From Candidatus Multivorans sp. (lineage in GTDB: Bacteria > Acidobacteriota > Thermoanaerobaculia > Multivoradales > Multivoraceae), in contig OZ251997.1 of NCBI GenBank assembly GCA_965247095.1, positions 4,032,001 through 4,096,000 of the forward strand: 64,000 nucleotides of DNA, written 5' to 3'. Positions 18,733-28,586 of the stretch are shown here, one piece after another. A model generated the notes under the pieces. The model did no database searches and was not told where the DNA came from. It was given only the letters and a program-made list of their open reading frames with translations. The position numbers and the translations under genes are program-made. The first letter of the stretch is position 1; each line of letters opens with the position of its first letter.

Positions 18733-19919
18733 GCGCCGATGAGCGCCGCGATATCGGCGTGCCGCGCCTCCGCGTCGCGCTCGCCGACCTCGATCATGGC
18801 GCGGATGTAGTCGGGCTGGAACATCAGCAGGCTGAGCAGGTCCGGGCTCTTCGTGTCGCGGGTGCCGAGGCCGCGGGTGAGGAACCGGAACGCCTTCGGC
18901 AGCCGGGGCTCGAACTGGGTCGCGAGCCGGCCCAGGTCCTCCGAGGGGCGCAGCAGCACGAGGTCGACCAGCCGGAGCGGGCCGCGCTCCGCCTTCGGCA
19001 GCTTCGCCAGCAGGCCGTTGATCAGTTCCAGCCGGTTCGCGTCCTGGTCGAGTTGGTCCAGGAACACGGCGTTGAGCAGCACGCCCGCGAACTGGGCCGG
19101 CGGCGGGTAGCTGCTGGCCTCCGCTCGGGGCGCCAGGGGCTGGTGCCGGGTGGAAACGGCGATCAGTCGGTCGCACCCGAGGTGCAGGGCGGGCGATAGC
19201 GGGGAGGTGAGGCGGACGCCGCCGTCGCCGTGCCAGGCGCCGGCTATCCGTACCGCCGGGAAGATCAGCGGCAGAGACGCGGAGGCGAGTACGTGGTCGA
19301 GGGTCAAAAGGGCGCGTTCCGACCGCCGTTTCGGCCTTTCCCAGGCCTCGACATCCCGGCCCTGAACCCAGGTGACGGTATGTCCCGTCGACCATTCGAC
19401 GGTCGTCACCGCGACCGCGTCGAGCCGTCCGCGCTCCAGGTTCCTTGCAATACCGGGAAGGATTCGGCTGTTTCCTGCTTCGACACCGAGCACGTTCGCG
19501 AGGTGTCCTCCCAGTGGTGAGGTGTCGACCAGACCGCGGACCCGGGGCCGGTAGCGCAGACCGCCCGAGGCCAGGTTCAGGAGCCAGCGGACCACCATGC
19601 CGCCCAGCGACCATCCGTCGTCGCGGAACACATGGTCGGGAGTCAGGTCGAGCCATATCCGGCTCAGATCTTCCGTCGCTTCGGCGGCGCTGCCCGGATG
19701 CGAGGCGAGGAACGAGGCGTTGATGGCGCCGGCGGAGACGCCGGTCAGGACATCGAAGTGGAACTCCGGCATCCGCGCCGCCAGATGGCGGACGAGTCCG
19801 ACCTGGTAGGCAGCCCGCGCGCCGCCTCCGGTCAGGACGAGCCCGATGCGGGGCTTTCGCCCGCGGTACCGCCCGCCGTTGTCCCCGGGTCGGCGTGCGG
19901 GCGATTCTCCGGTGGGCAT
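18729..19919 (-). CDS. Patatin-like phospholipase
   Basis: '[15 protein letters not shown]', GVSAG nucleophile motif, DGG motif. Confidence 0.92.
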   Translation of the reverse strand: MPTGESPARRPGDNGGRYRGRKPRIGLVLTGGGARAAYQVGLVRHLAARMPEFHFDVLTGVSAGAINASFLASHPGSAAEATEDLSRIWLDLTPDHVFRDDGWSLGGMVVRWLLNLASGGLRYRPRVRGLVDTSPLGGHLANVLGVEAGNSRILPGIARNLERGRLDAVAVTTVEWSTGHTVTWVQGRDVEAWERPKRRSERALLTLDHVLASASLPLIFPAVRIAGAWHGDGGVRLTSPLSPALHLGCDRLIAVSTRHQPLAPRAEASSYPPPAQFAGVLLNAVFLDQLDQDANRLELINGLLAKLPKAERGPLRLVDLVLLRPSEDLGRLATQFEPRLPKAFRFLTRGLGTRDTKSPDLLSLLMFQPDYIRAMIEVGERDAEARHADIAALIGA

Positions 19920-20184
19920 CGGCAGTGCTGGACTGTATCGGATGCCCCGGAGCCTGGGACGCGAGCACTCTGGCCCCCTGGTTCACGGGCGTCTCGCCCG
20001 CATCCGGCCATGCGCCGGCCGGAACATCGGCCCGCCCTGCTTTCATCCGACCAAGCCGGTGTTGACGAGACCTTGGCTGCGTTGGATCAGGGCTTCGAGC
20101 GCTACGCACGTTCCGAAGAGAAGAGGGAGTCAGGCCGCGACCACACGGGACCATCAGGGCGAGCATTCCCCCGATGAGTAGTGT

Positions 20185-20640
20185 CTAGTCGTTCTGCCCG
20201 AACACGCTCGGAGTGCCGACGTAAAGCAACTCCACTTCGGAGTCGGTCAGGTTGCTCGCGTTGTGGACGGTGCGCGCGTTGAAGTGCATCGAGTCGCCCT
20301 CCGTAAGAGTCATCTTTTCGTCTCCTAGTTCGCAGTAGAGCTCGCCCTTGATGACGTACAGAAAGTCCTCGCCCTCCCGCTGGTCGTCGGTGAAGACGTG
20401 GCCGGCAGGGATCTCCATGAAGGCCGAGGCCTTCACGTCGAGGGCTCGAGCCAGATTCAACAGGGAAACAAGGGACGGGCTCGCCTTGTTGCGCTCCACC
20501 AGGGAGATGAAGGCGGGAGAGAGCCCGGCCTTCTCGCCCAACTGTTGCAGGGTCAGCCCGAGCTGCACGCGACGAGCCCGGATCATCTGGCCGGCCTGCA
20601 GCAGTCGCTTTGAAGCTGTTTTCTCGCCCCTCTTGAACAT
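20185..20640 (-). CDS. XRE-family HTH + cupin regulator (appears internally shortened)
   Basis: HTH 'LTLQQLGEKAGLSPAFISLVERNKASPSL'; cupin 'EGEDFLYVIKGEL...GDSMHFNARTVH'. Confidence 0.82.
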   Translation of the reverse strand: MFKRGEKTASKRLLQAGQMIRARRVQLGLTLQQLGEKAGLSPAFISLVERNKASPSLVSLLNLARALDVKASAFMEIPAGHVFTDDQREGEDFLYVIKGELYCELGDEKMTLTEGDSMHFNARTVHNASNLTDSEVELLYVGTPSVFGQND

Positions 20641-20744
20641 AGCCAAGCCTCTTGAATCAAGCCCCTAATGGTATACCGAGCATGGGAGTAGCGACGGGTA
20701 GTGGCTGGAGCAGGCGGCCACGTACAAGGCGTAGTGTTGTGGAC

Positions 20745-21500
20745 ATGGGCGAAACGGGGCCGAACGCTGCTCGAAAGGTGGAGACGCCGATCCGCGCGGC
20801 CTATCTGGGCCGGGTGGGTTACGAAGCCGGTGTCGAGTTGCAGCACCGGGTCCGGCAGTCCATCCTTGACGCCGACCCCGATGCCGCGGACACGTTGCTC
20901 CTGCTCGAGCATCCGCCGACCTACACGGTGGGCCGAAACAGCGACCGGGGCGACGTCCTGGCGGCGCCGGACTGGCTCGAGCAGCGCGGAATCGCCGTCG
21001 CCCAGTGCGACCGGGGCGGACGCGCCACGTACCACGGTCCGGGTCAGCTCGTGGGATACCCGGTGCTCGACCTGAGGCCGGACCGGCGGAACGTTCGCGC
21101 CTACGTCCGTGATCTGCAGGAGGTGCTGGTCAGGACGCTGGCGGTGTTCGGCGTCAGTGCCTTGGGCGGCGAGGAACGCGAGCGGATCGGCGTCTGGGTC
21201 GGGCATCGGAAGATCGCCTCGATCGGCATCCACCTCCGGCGCTGGGTCACCACCCACGGTTTCGCGCTCAACGTGTCGACCGAACTCGACGACTTCGCCG
21301 GCATCCTCTCCTGCGGCTTCGACGCCGGCGTGATGACCTCGATCGAGGACCTCACCGGCCGCCGCCACAGCCTGGCCGAAGTCGCCGCGTGCTGCGCGGA
21401 GACCTTCGCGGAGGTCTTCGAACGCCGGCTGCTCACGGTGGAGGCCGCTAGGATTCGAGAACACGCGCGGCCGGAGGAGGGTCGGCCGCCGGAGTCGTAA
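20745..21500 (+). CDS. lipB: Octanoyltransferase
   Basis: 'LLLLEHPPTYTVGR', 'RGGRATYHGPGQLVGYP', 'KIASIG', 'HGFALNV'; start approximate. Confidence 0.95.
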   Translation: MGETGPNAARKVETPIRAAYLGRVGYEAGVELQHRVRQSILDADPDAADTLLLLEHPPTYTVGRNSDRGDVLAAPDWLEQRGIAVAQCDRGGRATYHGPGQLVGYPVLDLRPDRRNVRAYVRDLQEVLVRTLAVFGVSALGGEERERIGVWVGHRKIASIGIHLRRWVTTHGFALNVSTELDDFAGILSCGFDAGVMTSIEDLTGRRHSLAEVAACCAETFAEVFERRLLTVEAARIREHARPEEGRPPES

Positions 21501-21505
21501 CCCGC

Positions 21506-22438
21506 ATGGACGAACTCGTTCCCATCGGCGCCCCGCCGGCCGCGGCCGGCGCCGCCCGCTTGCCGCGGCCCGACTGGCTGCGGATCCGGCTGTCGACGCC
21601 GGAGCCGTATCACCGCGTGCGCCGGTTGGTCGAGGGTTTGAACCTGAACACGGTATGCGAAGAGGCGCGCTGCCCGAACATCTACGAGTGCTGGGGCCAG
21701 CACGGTACCGCCACGTTCATGATCCTCGGCGACACCTGTACCCGCCGCTGCGGCTTCTGCGCCGTCCATACGGGACGGCCCGCCCCCGGTGTCGACGCGG
21801 ACGAACCGGCGAGGGTGGGGAAGGCCGCGGCGACCATGGGGCTCCGGCACGTGGTCGTCACCTCCGTCGACCGCGACGACCTGCCGGACGGCGGCGCGGG
21901 CCACTTCGCGGACACCATCCGGGCGATCCGGGCGCAGGTGCCCGGTGCCGCGGTCGAGGTGCTGACGCCGGACTTTCGGGGCGTCGCCGACGCCCTCGAC
22001 ATCGTCCTCGAAGCCCGGCCGGAGGTCTTTTCCCACAACACGGAGACGGTGCCCCGGCTCTACCGTCAGGCGCGCCCCGGCAGCCGCTACGAGCGCAGCG
22101 TCGACCTGCTCAGCGAAGCGGCGGCCCGCCGCGACGGTGGAGGCTATGGCGGGAGGGTGAAGACGGGCCTGATGGTCGGCCTGGGCGAGACGACGGCGGA
22201 GCTCGAATCGACGATCACGGACATCCGCGCCGCGGGAACAGAGATCCTCACCATCGGTCAGTACCTGCGGCCGACCCGGGACCACCTGCCTGTCGATCGC
22301 TACGTTCACCCGGACGAGTTCGCGCGACTACGCGAGTTCGCCCTGGGGCTTGGCTTCAGCCACTGCGAAGCGGGCCCCCTGGTCCGCAGCAGCTACCACG
22401 CGCACGAGCACGTTCGCCGGCAGGATGAGAGCCTGTAG
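21506..22438 (+). CDS. lipA: Lipoyl synthase
   Basis: 'TVCEEARCPNIYECW', 'CTRRCGFC', 'GPLVRSSYHA'. Confidence 0.97.
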   Translation: MDELVPIGAPPAAAGAARLPRPDWLRIRLSTPEPYHRVRRLVEGLNLNTVCEEARCPNIYECWGQHGTATFMILGDTCTRRCGFCAVHTGRPAPGVDADEPARVGKAAATMGLRHVVVTSVDRDDLPDGGAGHFADTIRAIRAQVPGAAVEVLTPDFRGVADALDIVLEARPEVFSHNTETVPRLYRQARPGSRYERSVDLLSEAAARRDGGGYGGRVKTGLMVGLGETTAELESTITDIRAAGTEILTIGQYLRPTRDHLPVDRYVHPDEFARLREFALGLGFSHCEAGPLVRSSYHAHEHVRRQDESL

Positions 22439-22473
22439 CGAGCATTCCCCGTGCCGCCCCCGGAAGTGAGACC

Positions 22474-23436
22474 ATGACGATCTTCTCGCGTTTCGTCGGC
22501 TGCTCCCTGCCACTGTTGCCGCCTCCCCTCGTGCGTTGGGTGGCGGCGCCCTACGTGGCCGGCGACGAGCCGGACGATGCGCTCGCCCGTACCGGCGGCC
22601 TGAACCGCAGGGGACTGGCTGGGACCCTGGCGCTCCTCGGCGAGGAGGTCGACAGCCGGGAACTCGCAGTCGAGGGCACCGGGCTTTACGTCGACCTCGT
22701 CGAGGCGATCAGCGACCAAGGTCTCGACTGCAACGTCTCCGTCAAGCTGACCCTCCTGGGGCTCAAGGTCGATCGCGAACTCTGCCGCGAGCACCTCGCT
22801 CGCCTGGTCGAGCGGGCAGCCACTCGCGGCAACTTCGTCCGTATCGACATGGAGGACCACACCTGCACCACGGACACCTTGGACCTGTACGGCGAGGCGC
22901 TTGCCGACTCGCGGTCCCGCGCCGACGCCGGTGGCCCGCGCGGCGCCGGCGCCGGCGGCGACGCGGTCGGAATCGTGCTCCAGGCCTACCTCCACCGCAC
23001 CCTCGCAGACATTGCGGCGTTGCCGGAGCGGGCGAACGTCCGCCTCTGCAAGGGGATCTACGTCGAGCCGGGGACGGTCGCTCTCACCGGCTACGAGCAG
23101 GTGCGCCAGAACTTCCTGGCGTCACTCGAGGCCCTGTTCGACCGCGGCGCCTACGTCGGCATTGCCACCCACGACGGCTATCTCCTGCGCGAAGCGGCGG
23201 CGATCGTCGAGCGGCGCGGCCTTGCGGCTGACCGGTACGAGTTCCAGATGCTCCTGGGGGTGACCGAAGATCGCCGGGATGAGCTCGCTGCCGCCGGCCA
23301 TCGGGTACGGATCTACGTGCCCTACGGCCGCCAGTGGTATGCCTACTCGACGCGCCGGCTGCGTGAGAACCCGCAGATCGCCGGCCATGTGGCGCGGGCG
23401 TTCTTCCTCCGGGTGCTAGGAGGCCGTCACTGGTAA
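22474..23436 (+). CDS. Monofunctional proline dehydrogenase
   Basis: 'SVKLTLLGL', 'FVRIDMED', 'VRLCKGIY', 'IATHD', 'EFQMLLGV', 'RRLRENP'. Confidence 0.92.
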   Translation: MTIFSRFVGCSLPLLPPPLVRWVAAPYVAGDEPDDALARTGGLNRRGLAGTLALLGEEVDSRELAVEGTGLYVDLVEAISDQGLDCNVSVKLTLLGLKVDRELCREHLARLVERAATRGNFVRIDMEDHTCTTDTLDLYGEALADSRSRADAGGPRGAGAGGDAVGIVLQAYLHRTLADIAALPERANVRLCKGIYVEPGTVALTGYEQVRQNFLASLEALFDRGAYVGIATHDGYLLREAAAIVERRGLAADRYEFQMLLGVTEDRRDELAAAGHRVRIYVPYGRQWYAYSTRRLRENPQIAGHVARAFFLRVLGGRHW

Positions 23437-23496
23437 CTTCCCTCGGAAGGCAAGTCGGCATAACGTCGCGGCCCGACGAACCGAGGAGATCCGAAG

Positions 23497-24348
23497 GTGA
23501 CCACGAGCAGGAACGAGGAAGGCGGCGCAGGCGGTGGCGATGCCCGCGTTGCTGTGATCGGCGCGGGCAAGATGGGCCAGACCCTGATCGGCGGCTGGCT
23601 CGACGCCGGCGCCGTCGCCGCCGGGTCGATCGTGGCGACGGCGGCCCATGCGGATCGAGTCGCCCGGGTGGCGCGGAGTTTCGGAGTCGCCGGCACCGTC
23701 GACAACCGAGCCGCGGTCAAGGGCGCCGACATCGTGATGCTTGCAGTCAAGCCGCAAACTGCCGACCTCGTCCTTGCCGAGATCGGCGACGCCCTGCGCC
23801 CGGAACAGCTCGTCGTCTCGATTCTGGCCTCGGTGACCACGTCCTACATTGAGGCCCGCCTGCCGGTCCCCATCCCGGTCGTGCGGGCGATGCCGAACAC
23901 GCCGAGCCTCGTGGGGGCCGGCATGACGGCGATTTGCGCCGGCCGCCATGCGTCTGCCGACCACATGGCGGCGTCGGAACGTCTGTTCAAGCCCCTCGGG
24001 CGCACCGTCGTGGCGGACGAGAAGCACATGGACGCGATCACCGGACTGTCCGCCTCCGGACCGGCGTTCCTCTACATCGTGATCGAGGCCCTGGCGGACG
24101 GGGGCGTGAAGGTCGGCCTGCCGCGGAAGATGGCGATCGAACTGGCTGCCCAGACCTGTCTCGGCGCCGGCAAGATGGTGCTCGACACGGGCCGCCACCC
24201 GGCGCTGCTCAAGGACGAAGTGACGACGCCCGCGGGCTGCACGGTCGACGGCATCCTGCGGCTGGAAGAGGGTGGCCTCCGGGTGACCCTGATCAAGGCG
24301 ATCGTCGAGGCGGCGTCACGCGCCGCCGAACTGGTGTCCGACGAGTAG
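23497..24348 (+). CDS. proC: Pyrroline-5-carboxylate reductase
   Basis: 'IGAGKMG', 'LAVKPQ', 'VVRAMPNTP', 'SASGPAF', 'VTTPAGCT'. Confidence 0.96.
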   Translation: MTTSRNEEGGAGGGDARVAVIGAGKMGQTLIGGWLDAGAVAAGSIVATAAHADRVARVARSFGVAGTVDNRAAVKGADIVMLAVKPQTADLVLAEIGDALRPEQLVVSILASVTTSYIEARLPVPIPVVRAMPNTPSLVGAGMTAICAGRHASADHMAASERLFKPLGRTVVADEKHMDAITGLSASGPAFLYIVIEALADGGVKVGLPRKMAIELAAQTCLGAGKMVLDTGRHPALLKDEVTTPAGCTVDGILRLEEGGLRVTLIKAIVEAASRAAELVSDE

Positions 24349-24367
24349 CCGGCTACGCAGGCATCCG

Positions 24368-26083
24368 ATGCTGCGCTCTCTGTACGTGCAGAACCTGGCC
24401 GTGATCGAACGGGCAGAGCTTCAGTTCGGGCCGGGCCTGAACGTGGTCACGGGCGAGACGGGCGCGGGCAAGTCCCTGGTCGTCGATTCGCTGTCCCTGC
24501 TTGCCGGGGGTCGCGCCAGTTCGGAGACGATCCGTACGGGCGCGGACACGCTGGTCCTGAGCGGCGTCTTCGAGCCTTCGGGCAGCGACTGGCGGCGGCT
24601 GCTCGAAGAGGCCGGCGTGCCGGCGGAAGGGGACGAGCTCCTGGTGCGCCGCGAGGTTACCCGGGCGGGGCGCAACCGCGTGTTCGTGAACGATCACCCG
24701 GTGACGCTGCGGTTTCTTTCCGCGGTGACCCGCCGTCTGATCCGCATCTTCGGTCAGCGCGACGAACTCGGCATGCTGTCGCCCGAACTGCAGCGGGCCT
24801 GGCTCGATCGGTCGGGCGGCGACTCCGTTGCGGCACTCGTGGCGTCGTGCGCCAGCGCCTACGAGGCCTACCGCGAGACGGCCGATCGGCTCGAGCGCTT
24901 GAGCGGCGACGATCAGCTTCGCCTGGAGCGGATCGACCTGCTCAAGTTCCAAACCTCGGAAATCGACGCCGCGGGCCTCTTGTCCGGCGAGGACGAGGAG
25001 CTGCGGGCCGAACGGGAAGTGCTGCGCCATGCCGAGGCGATCGCGGGCGCTTTGCACCGGGCGCTCGCCCTGCTCAGCGACGACGATCAAGCGGTTGACA
25101 GCCGGCTCGCTCAGGCCGGAAACGCGCTGCAGGACATCGCGCGCTGGCAACCCGAGGCCGGGGCCTGGGCCGACACCCTGGTCGAGGCGGGCACGCTGGT
25201 GAACGATCTGACGGCCGACCTACGGACACGGGCGGTCGGTTCCGATTCGGATCCCAGGCGGCTCGACCGGATCGAGGAGCGCTTGAGCGTGATCGAGCGT
25301 CTGACCCGGAAGTACGGCGGCAGCAGTGCCGACGTGCTGGAGCACGGCCGCCGTCTGGCCGAGGAGCTGTTCGAGTTGGAGACGGCGGACGTTCGCCGCG
25401 ACGAGGTGGAGCAGCAGGCCGCGGCCTGCCTCGCTGAGTACGCCGCGCGCGCCGAGGCTCTGTCTCTCACGCGCCGCGAACTCGGGGCCGCGCTGGAGAG
25501 CGATGTCCTTGGCCACCTCCGGGATCTGGCGCTCGATCGCGCCGCGTTCGAGGTGGAGATCGGCCGTGCGCCGCGCCCGGACAGCTCCCTTGAACTGGAC
25601 GGCGAGCGCGTCGCCTTCGATCGCCTGGGCGTCGATCAGGTGACCTACCGCTTCAGCGCCAACCCGGGCGAGGCGCTTCGCCCGCTGTCCAGGGTCGCCT
25701 CGGGCGGCGAGCTGGCGCGCCTGTTCCTGGCGCTCCAGACCGCTGTTCGCGGCGCGGGACCTGCGGCGGAATCGACCCTGGTCTTCGACGAGGTGGACTC
25801 GGGGGTCGGCGGCGCCGAGGCGGCGATCGTCGGCCGCAAGCTGCAGCGCCTGGCCGGCGGCGGCCAGATCCTGACCGTGACCCACCTGCCCCAGGTGGCG
25901 AGCCGCGGCGACCTCCACCTCGAGGTCAAGAAGGAGGTGCGAGCCGGCCGGACGCTGGTCGACGTCCACCGCCTCGACGACGAACGCCGCGTCGAGGAAA
26001 TAGCCCGCATGCTCGCCGGCGAAGAGATCACCGAGACCGCCCGCTCGGCGGCCGAGGAACTGATCGCCGCCGCCGCCGAGTAG
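24368..26083 (+). CDS. recN: DNA repair protein RecN
   Basis: 'TGETGAGKS', 'VASGGELAR', 'LVFDEVDSGVGG', 'VTHLPQVA'. Confidence 0.96.
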   Translation: MLRSLYVQNLAVIERAELQFGPGLNVVTGETGAGKSLVVDSLSLLAGGRASSETIRTGADTLVLSGVFEPSGSDWRRLLEEAGVPAEGDELLVRREVTRAGRNRVFVNDHPVTLRFLSAVTRRLIRIFGQRDELGMLSPELQRAWLDRSGGDSVAALVASCASAYEAYRETADRLERLSGDDQLRLERIDLLKFQTSEIDAAGLLSGEDEELRAEREVLRHAEAIAGALHRALALLSDDDQAVDSRLAQAGNALQDIARWQPEAGAWADTLVEAGTLVNDLTADLRTRAVGSDSDPRRLDRIEERLSVIERLTRKYGGSSADVLEHGRRLAEELFELETADVRRDEVEQQAAACLAEYAARAEALSLTRRELGAALESDVLGHLRDLALDRAAFEVEIGRAPRPDSSLELDGERVAFDRLGVDQVTYRFSANPGEALRPLSRVASGGELARLFLALQTAVRGAGPAAESTLVFDEVDSGVGGAEAAIVGRKLQRLAGGGQILTVTHLPQVASRGDLHLEVKKEVRAGRTLVDVHRLDDERRVEEIARMLAGEEITETARSAAEELIAAAAE

Positions 26084-26086
26084 GCA

Positions 26087-26695
26087 ATGCTCCGCATCTG
26101 GCCCTGGGACGGCGATCCCCGCGACTTGAGTCAGGCTCTGGCCGACGGCCGCGTGCTCGCGATCCCGACGGAGTCTTCCTACGGTCTTGCGGTCGATCCG
26201 CGTTCCGCGGCGGGTGTCGAGGCGATCTACCGTCTTAAGGAACGAGAGCGGGGCAAGCCTCTTCCAGTCGTAGCGGCGAGCCTGACGCAGGCGACCGACC
26301 TCGGCATCGAACCGAACGAGGCGGTGCGGATGGCGGAGGCCCACTGGCCGGCGGCGCTGACGGTGGTGGCGCCGCTTCGTTCCGGTGTGTCGGTACCCGC
26401 GGCGGCGGGCGGCCGGACGCTGGCAGTGCGGGTACCGGCGCATGAACGGCTCCGGGGACTGCTCCGCGCCCTGGGACACCCGTTGACCGCAACCAGTGCG
26501 AACCGGAGCGGGGAGCCGCCGATCTGCGAGCTGCCGGCGCTCGAACCGATCCTCGGCGACGCCGGCGCGATCCTCGGCGATGCCCGAGCCATCGTGGTCG
26601 GCGGCGACACGACGCCGGGAGGGCCGCCATCCACCGTGGTATCTTGGACTTCCGCCGGCTTGCGGGTGTTGCGCCGCGGGCGCTTCGATCTCTAG
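26087..26695 (+). CDS. tsaC: L-threonylcarbamoyladenylate synthase (TsaC/YrdC)
   Basis: 'IPTESSYGLAVD', 'IYRLKER', 'TATSANRSG', 'PSTVV'. Confidence 0.9.
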   Translation: MLRIWPWDGDPRDLSQALADGRVLAIPTESSYGLAVDPRSAAGVEAIYRLKERERGKPLPVVAASLTQATDLGIEPNEAVRMAEAHWPAALTVVAPLRSGVSVPAAAGGRTLAVRVPAHERLRGLLRALGHPLTATSANRSGEPPICELPALEPILGDAGAILGDARAIVVGGDTTPGGPPSTVVSWTSAGLRVLRRGRFDL

Positions 26696-26741
26696 CACCG
26701 GTCGCCGGTTCAACTTGCCGACTGCGAAGCGAACCCTGACA

Positions 26742-28586
26742 GTGACCCGTTCCGTCGCCCTCGGTCTTCTGGTTGCCGCCCTGCTGCCGGTCGCTTTGGC
26801 CCGCGCGCAGGAACCGGTCGCGGCGTCGCGTACCGAGTCGGCTCCTCCGGTCGATCTGAACGGCAACGAGATCGGCGTCGACGAGGTCTCCCGCGGGCAA
26901 ACCGGCTACGGCCTGTCCGTGTTCGCCGGCAGCGAGCCTACGCGTTTCGGAGTCGAGGTCGTCGGCGTGATCCGCGAGATGGAACCGGGCACGAGCTACA
27001 TCGTCGCCCGCCTGAGCGGCAATGGCCTCGAGGAGTCGGGCATCGTGGCCGGGATGAGCGGCAGCCCCGTCTACATCGACGACCGCCTTGCCGGGGCAGT
27101 CGCCTATTCCTGGGCGTTTAGCAGCGAAGCGCTGGCGCTGATCACACCGATCGCCGCGATGCGGGAGTTGAGCGCGCTCGAAGGCGGGGAAGCCGCAGGC
27201 GAGTCGCAGGGACTGGCTGCTCCGGGTTCGCCACAGGCGTTCGACCAGGCCGTGCGGCAGATGCTCGAACCGCCCGACGACGTTGCCGCGGCGGTTCGGG
27301 AGACCGTCGCGGAGCAGCTCGGCACGCTGGTCGCGCCGGCGGACTGGGGTGGTCGCGGGGGCGCACAGGTTGTTACCCTGGGCTTCGGCGAACCGCTGCG
27401 ACGGATGCTCGCCGCCGCCCCGGCGGGGCGCGCCGACACGGCCGAGATGCCGGACCTCGGCGCCGGCAGTGCGGTCGCGGGTGTCTTGATCGACGGCGAC
27501 CTGAAGATTGCGGTCGGCGGTACGGTGACCCGGGTCGAGGACGGCGAGGTGCTGGCCATGGGGCACCCCTACCTCGGTGTGGGTCCGCTGCGCGTGCCGA
27601 TGGCGACGGTGGAGGTGATCGGGGTGGTGCCGCGGCTCAACAGTTCGATGCGGCTCAGCAACATCGGCTCGGTGGTCGGCGCCTTCGACCAGGACCGCTT
27701 CGCGGGACTGAGGGGGCGGGTCGGCGCCGAGGCGCGCACGATCCCCATGACGATCCAGGTCGAGGCCCCGAACGGCGATGTCCGCCGCTTCGACCTCCGG
27801 TTGGCGGATCTGCCCAGGATGCTGCCTTCACTGGTCGGCATTCCGACCATGCAGGCGCTCAATTCCGCTTCGTACGGCGGCGGCGAGAGCGGTCTGGACA
27901 TGACCGGCACCCTGCGCCTGCGCGGGCACGAGGACGTGCCGCTGCGCCAGAACTTCGACGGCTCGGGCCCCGGCACGAGCGCCGCCTTCTACCTGATCGC
28001 CCTGATCGGGGCCTTGGTCAACTCGGACTACGAAGGCGTCGAGATCGAGGGCATCGATCTCACCCTGAGCCAGACCCACAGAGTGCGGACGGTCGAGATC
28101 GAGCGCGCCCAGGCCTCTTCGAGGAGGGTTCACGCGGGCGACACGGTGGACGTCGTGTTCGATCTCCGGCGGCATCGCGGCGACCGGTACCAGGAGACCC
28201 TGCAGGTGACGATTCCCGAGGACCGCCGGCCGGGCCGCTACTACCTCTTCGTCGGCGACGGCGTGAGCATCGACGCGGCGCGGCTGCAACTCGAGCCCAG
28301 CAAGGCGTCGTCCCTGACGGACCAGCTCGACATGCTGCGTTCGTTCCAGCCGAAGAGCCGGCTCGCTGCGCTCGGCGTCGTGCCGGCCCGTGGGTTGATC
28401 GTCGAGGGACGGCCGATGCCGCAGCTTCCGGCCTCGGTGCGGTCGATCTGGCAGGCGTCTCCCCTGCAGGGAGAGCCCCGGGCCCTGAACCTGGCGATCG
28501 TGAACGAGCAGGGACGCGATCTCGGAATTCCGCTCGACGGCCTGTTCCGGCTCGACCTCGAGATCCTGCCCGGTACCGCGCCTTGA
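26742..28586 (+). CDS. Secreted SpoIVB/peptidase S55-domain protein
   Basis: Signal peptide; 'GIVAGMSGSPVYIDDRLAGAV', 'GGTVT', 'MGHP'. Confidence 0.85.
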   Translation: MTRSVALGLLVAALLPVALARAQEPVAASRTESAPPVDLNGNEIGVDEVSRGQTGYGLSVFAGSEPTRFGVEVVGVIREMEPGTSYIVARLSGNGLEESGIVAGMSGSPVYIDDRLAGAVAYSWAFSSEALALITPIAAMRELSALEGGEAAGESQGLAAPGSPQAFDQAVRQMLEPPDDVAAAVRETVAEQLGTLVAPADWGGRGGAQVVTLGFGEPLRRMLAAAPAGRADTAEMPDLGAGSAVAGVLIDGDLKIAVGGTVTRVEDGEVLAMGHPYLGVGPLRVPMATVEVIGVVPRLNSSMRLSNIGSVVGAFDQDRFAGLRGRVGAEARTIPMTIQVEAPNGDVRRFDLRLADLPRMLPSLVGIPTMQALNSASYGGGESGLDMTGTLRLRGHEDVPLRQNFDGSGPGTSAAFYLIALIGALVNSDYEGVEIEGIDLTLSQTHRVRTVEIERAQASSRRVHAGDTVDVVFDLRRHRGDRYQETLQVTIPEDRRPGRYYLFVGDGVSIDAARLQLEPSKASSLTDQLDMLRSFQPKSRLAALGVVPARGLIVEGRPMPQLPASVRSIWQASPLQGEPRALNLAIVNEQGRDLGIPLDGLFRLDLEILPGTAP

